Assembly: GCA_017998385.1 (NCBI GenBank) | Contig: JAGODE010000001.1 | Location: 26,457-85,853, forward strand | Length of the DNA stretch: 59,397 bases | From: Chitinophagaceae bacterium | Lineage (GTDB): Bacteria > Bacteroidota > Bacteroidia > Chitinophagales > Chitinophagaceae | Direction: 5' to 3' | Shown here: positions 56,719 through 59,397 of the stretch, piece by piece | How positions within the stretch are numbered: position 1 is the first letter of the stretch | Layout: each line of letters starts with the position of its first letter | Made by a program: the position numbers and the translations under genes | Notes under the pieces: generated by a model | What the model saw: only the letters and a program-made list of their open reading frames with translations | Told to the model about the DNA's origin: nothing | Databases searched by the model: none

Positions 56719-58983
56719 ATGGCAACATCTACAGTTAAAAAATCCGGCTCACGTAAGCCGGCAAAGGTTAAGGAATCTGATTCTGGTAAAACTCGTTTCG
56801 ATCTGCACGAAAAATTACAGGAGTATTTTGGATTTGATAAGTTTAAAGGCACGCAGGAAAAGGTTATAGAATCCCTGTTGGCAGGCCATGATACATTTGT
56901 GATCATGCCTACCGGTGGCGGTAAAAGCCTTTGCTACCAATTGCCTGCTATGGTGAGCGAGGGTGTTGCGATTATCGTTTCGCCGCTTATCGCGCTGATG
57001 AAAAACCAGGTTGACCTGGTCCGCAGTTATAGCAGTAATGATGAGGTGGCGCACTTTCTGAATTCCACCCTTACCAAAAGGGAAATAAAAGAAGTGCATG
57101 ACGACCTGCTGACGGGTAAAACCAAGATGTTGTATGTGGCGCCGGAAACGCTTACCAAGCAGGAAAACCTGGAGTTCTTCTCTGATCTCAAAATTTCTTT
57201 TTTTGCAGTAGACGAAGCCCATTGTATTTCTGAGTGGGGCCATGATTTCAGACCGGAATACCGCCGGTTACGTGAAATGATGGTTCAGATCAATCCCGAT
57301 ATACCCGTTATTGCCCTTACCGCTACCGCTACTCCAAAGGTGCAGAGTGATATCGTAAAAAATCTGGACCTGCGTGATCCCAATATATTTATTTCTTCTT
57401 TTAACAGGCCCAATCTTTATTACGAAGTATTACCCAAAATAAAAAAGGCACAAACAGATGAAAGTATTGTGCGGGTTATAAAAGGAATGGCTGGCAGGAG
57501 TGGTATTATATATACCCTCAACCGCAAGACCACAGAGGAAATGGCCGATCTGCTGAATGCAAATGGAATAAAATCTGTAGCCTACCATGCGGGTCTTGAC
57601 AGTAAGCTGCGTGCCGAACGCCAGGACCTTTTTCTTAATGAAGAGGTGCAGGTGATATGCGCTACCATTGCCTTTGGTATGGGAATCGATAAACCAGATA
57701 TCCGGTTTGTGATTCATTACAATATTCCCAAGTCGATTGAGAACTATTACCAGGAAACTGGTCGCGCCGGTCGCGATGGACTTGAAGGACGCTGTATCCT
57801 TTATTATTCACACAAGGATGTAAGCAAGCTGGAACACCTTATGCGCGATAAGCCGCTTAGCGAGCGGGAAGTTGGTGCCCAGCTGATTAACGAAACCGTA
57901 GCCTTTGCCGAAGCAGGAGTGTGCCGCCGTAAGGTTTTGATGAGTTATTTTGGTGAAGAGTACGAGAAGGAAAATTGTGGTGAGTGTGATAACTGTAAGC
58001 ATCCGAAGGAGAAAATTGAAGCCAAAGAGGATGCTGTCGTTGTGTTGAAAGCGATTCGCGCACTCGATGAACGCTTTGCTACAGATTATGTGGTGCAGAT
58101 CATCGGAGGCAGGCTTACTCCTCAGATACAGATGTTCCGGCACGAAGGGCTGGAAGTATTTGCCAGTGGAAACGATAAAGAGCCTCATTTCTGGAATTCT
58201 CTGATAAGGCAGATGCTGCTGGATGGCTTGCTGAGTAAGGATATAGAGGAGTACGGTGTATTGAAGTTTACAAAGAAAGGTGAGGCGTTTCTGAAAAAGC
58301 CCAAATCGTTTAAGATAGTCCTCAATAATCTTTATGAAGAAGCCAATGCCGATGACGAGGAAGGTACAGAAGCAAGTACTGGCGGGGCTACTGACGAGAA
58401 GCTTTTTGAAATGCTTAAGGAGCTTCGTCAAAAAGAGGCAAAGAAAAAGAATCTGCCTCCTTTTGTGATTTTCCTGGAAACATCGCTGCAGGACATGGCA
58501 ACGCTTTATCCAACTACAGTGAGTGACCTGGAAAAGTGTCAGGGAGTTAGTAAAGGCAAGGCGATTCGTTATGGTAAGCCATTTGTTGAGATGGTTGCCC
58601 GTTATGTAGAGGATAACAATATTGTAAAGCCCGACGATTTTGTGATGAAGAGTGTGGTGAATAAGAGCGGGAACAAGGTATATATTATCCAGAACACCGA
58701 TAAAAAGGTAAGCCTGGAGACAATTGCCCGCAATAAGGGGTGGCGTATGGACGAGATGCTGGAGGAGATGGAGACTATTGCCGCCAGTGGTACCAAGCTT
58801 AACCTCGATTATGCAATCGATGAAATGCTGGACGAGACTGAGCAGGATGAAATCATTGAATATTTTAAAGGATGTGATACCTCCTCGCTGCAGGTAGCGC
58901 AGGAGGAACTTTCTGAGCATAATTTCAACTGGGAGCAGTTGAAAATCATGCGGATCAAATTTTTGAGCGAATACGGCATGTAA
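56719..58983 (+). CDS. recQ: ATP-dependent DNA helicase RecQ
   Basis: FGFDKFKGTQ, PTGGGKSLCYQLPA, DEAHCISEWGHDFRP, a zinc-binding Cys cluster CGECDNC, and an HRDC-like region. There is a basic ~25-aa N-terminal extension. Confidence 0.95.
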   Translation: MATSTVKKSGSRKPAKVKESDSGKTRFDLHEKLQEYFGFDKFKGTQEKVIESLLAGHDTFVIMPTGGGKSLCYQLPAMVSEGVAIIVSPLIALMKNQVDLVRSYSSNDEVAHFLNSTLTKREIKEVHDDLLTGKTKMLYVAPETLTKQENLEFFSDLKISFFAVDEAHCISEWGHDFRPEYRRLREMMVQINPDIPVIALTATATPKVQSDIVKNLDLRDPNIFISSFNRPNLYYEVLPKIKKAQTDESIVRVIKGMAGRSGIIYTLNRKTTEEMADLLNANGIKSVAYHAGLDSKLRAERQDLFLNEEVQVICATIAFGMGIDKPDIRFVIHYNIPKSIENYYQETGRAGRDGLEGRCILYYSHKDVSKLEHLMRDKPLSEREVGAQLINETVAFAEAGVCRRKVLMSYFGEEYEKENCGECDNCKHPKEKIEAKEDAVVVLKAIRALDERFATDYVVQIIGGRLTPQIQMFRHEGLEVFASGNDKEPHFWNSLIRQMLLDGLLSKDIEEYGVLKFTKKGEAFLKKPKSFKIVLNNLYEEANADDEEGTEASTGGATDEKLFEMLKELRQKEAKKKNLPPFVIFLETSLQDMATLYPTTVSDLEKCQGVSKGKAIRYGKPFVEMVARYVEDNNIVKPDDFVMKSVVNKSGNKVYIIQNTDKKVSLETIARNKGWRMDEMLEEMETIAASGTKLNLDYAIDEMLDETEQDEIIEYFKGCDTSSLQVAQEELSEHNFNWEQLKIMRIKFLSEYGM

Positions 58984-59023
58984 AACCGAAAAATCCTGAT
59001 TATTTCACTGTTTTTTTCGGTTT
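58984..59023 (+). terminator. Possible terminator after recQ (long-loop hairpin)
   Basis: ACCGAAAAA...TTTTTCGGT, a 9-bp stem with a ~19-nt loop, followed by TTTC. Confidence 0.4.
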
Positions 59024-59038
59024 TCTAAGGAATCAGCC

Positions 59039-59046
59039 TATATTTG
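59039..59046 (+). promoter_or_regulatory. -7 promoter box TATATTTG upstream of tRNA-Phe
   Basis: Exact TAnnTTTG, 39 nt upstream of the mature tRNA 5' end. Confidence 0.45.
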
Positions 59047-59084
59047 CAGCCCGCATTTGACTTTGTGTCAAATGATTAAAGGAT

Positions 59085-59157
59085 GGTGCGGTAGCTCAGT
59101 CGGTAGAGCAAAGGACTGAAAATCCTTGAGTCGGCGGTTCGATCCCGCCCCACACCA
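59085..59157 (+). tRNA. tRNA-Phe (anticodon GAA)
   Basis: Hand-folded cloverleaf: acceptor GGTGCGG/CCACACC (one C-A mismatch at 5-68), D arm GCTC-AGTCGGT-AGAGC, anticodon arm AAGGA-CTGAAAA-TCCTT, T arm GGCGG-TTCGATC-CCGCC, discriminator A. CCA is not encoded. Confidence 0.9.
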
Positions 59158-59397
59158 CAGAAGCCTGTTACAAAAGTAGCAGGCTTTTTTAATGCATGTA
59201 ACTGCCATTATGGATGGTAAAAGCGGAAGAGTTCTTAGTCGGCGGTTCGATCCCTCCCGAAGCCTCGGGACCACACCACAGAAGCCTGTTACAAAAGTAG
59301 CAGGCTTTTTTAATGCATGTAACTGCCATTATGGATGGTAAAAGCGGAAGAGTTCTTAGTCGGCGGTTCGATCCCTCCCGAAGCCTCGGGACCACAC
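59158..59397 (+). repeat. Tandem 121-bp units (at least 2; cut by the window end), each comprising a terminator, spacer and degenerate tRNA-Phe-like segment
   Basis: 59158-59278 and 59279-59397 are identical over the visible length. Each unit retains GGATGGT (the tRNA 5' flank and first three nt), GTCGGCGGTTCGATCCC (T arm) and CCACACCA (acceptor 3' strand). Confidence 0.9.
59162..59190 (+). terminator. Intrinsic terminator after tRNA-Phe; an identical copy lies at 59283-59311
   Basis: AGCCTGTTA-CAAAAG-TAGCAGGCT (9 bp including one G-U) followed by TTTTTT. Confidence 0.8.

Noticed and set aside
59068-59395. Two 68-aa minus-strand ORFs (59068-59274 and 59189-59395) sharing an identical 42-aa N-terminal stretch.
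   Set aside because: They are read through the tRNA-Phe gene and its 121-bp repeat units. The shared sequence is simply the DNA repeat, so they are not protein coding.

Overview
This window looks like a chromosomal segment of a Bacteroidota genome. The evidence is S46, GH3, DUF2480 and ORF6N-type genes plus recurrent TAnnTTTG -7 promoter boxes; a Chitinophagales/Sphingobacteriia-like taxon is inference only. It is densely coding, with about 54 protein genes and one tRNA-Phe. Most genes are housekeeping: dnaN, recQ, recX, nadA, pnuC plus a nadR-like gene, thiL, kdsB, kdsD-like, mtgA, corA, cmoA, a ClC channel, S46/S41/M28/M23/S1C/rhomboid peptidases, GH3, GT2, GT39, MFS and LysE. I saw no transposase, integrase, CRISPR array, rRNA or recognisable defence gene, and I did not find a convincing novel multi-gene system. 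The unusual signals are mostly non-coding. (1) The 575-bp gene-free spacer 47483-48057 carries a dense cluster of DnaA-box-like 9-mers followed by a ~50-bp AT tract, which makes it a candidate oriC. (2) tRNA-Phe at 59085-59157 is followed by at least two identical 121-bp units, each a degenerate copy of the tRNA locus with its own terminator; the array runs off the window. (3) An orphan promoter-plus-terminator unit at 1974-2174 has no ORF and is a candidate ~185-nt sRNA. (4) A dispersed repeat family (GTGCTAATG / TTTGAAGATGG motifs) forms tandem arrays at 1-233 and 30075-30460. The best protein-level candidate for uncharacterised biology is the co-directional pair at 31820-34256, an S1 protease fused to a zinc ribbon and a YbjN-like domain plus a 441-aa unknown, upstream of recX. 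All product calls come from motifs read by eye in the supplied translations; no database search was possible.
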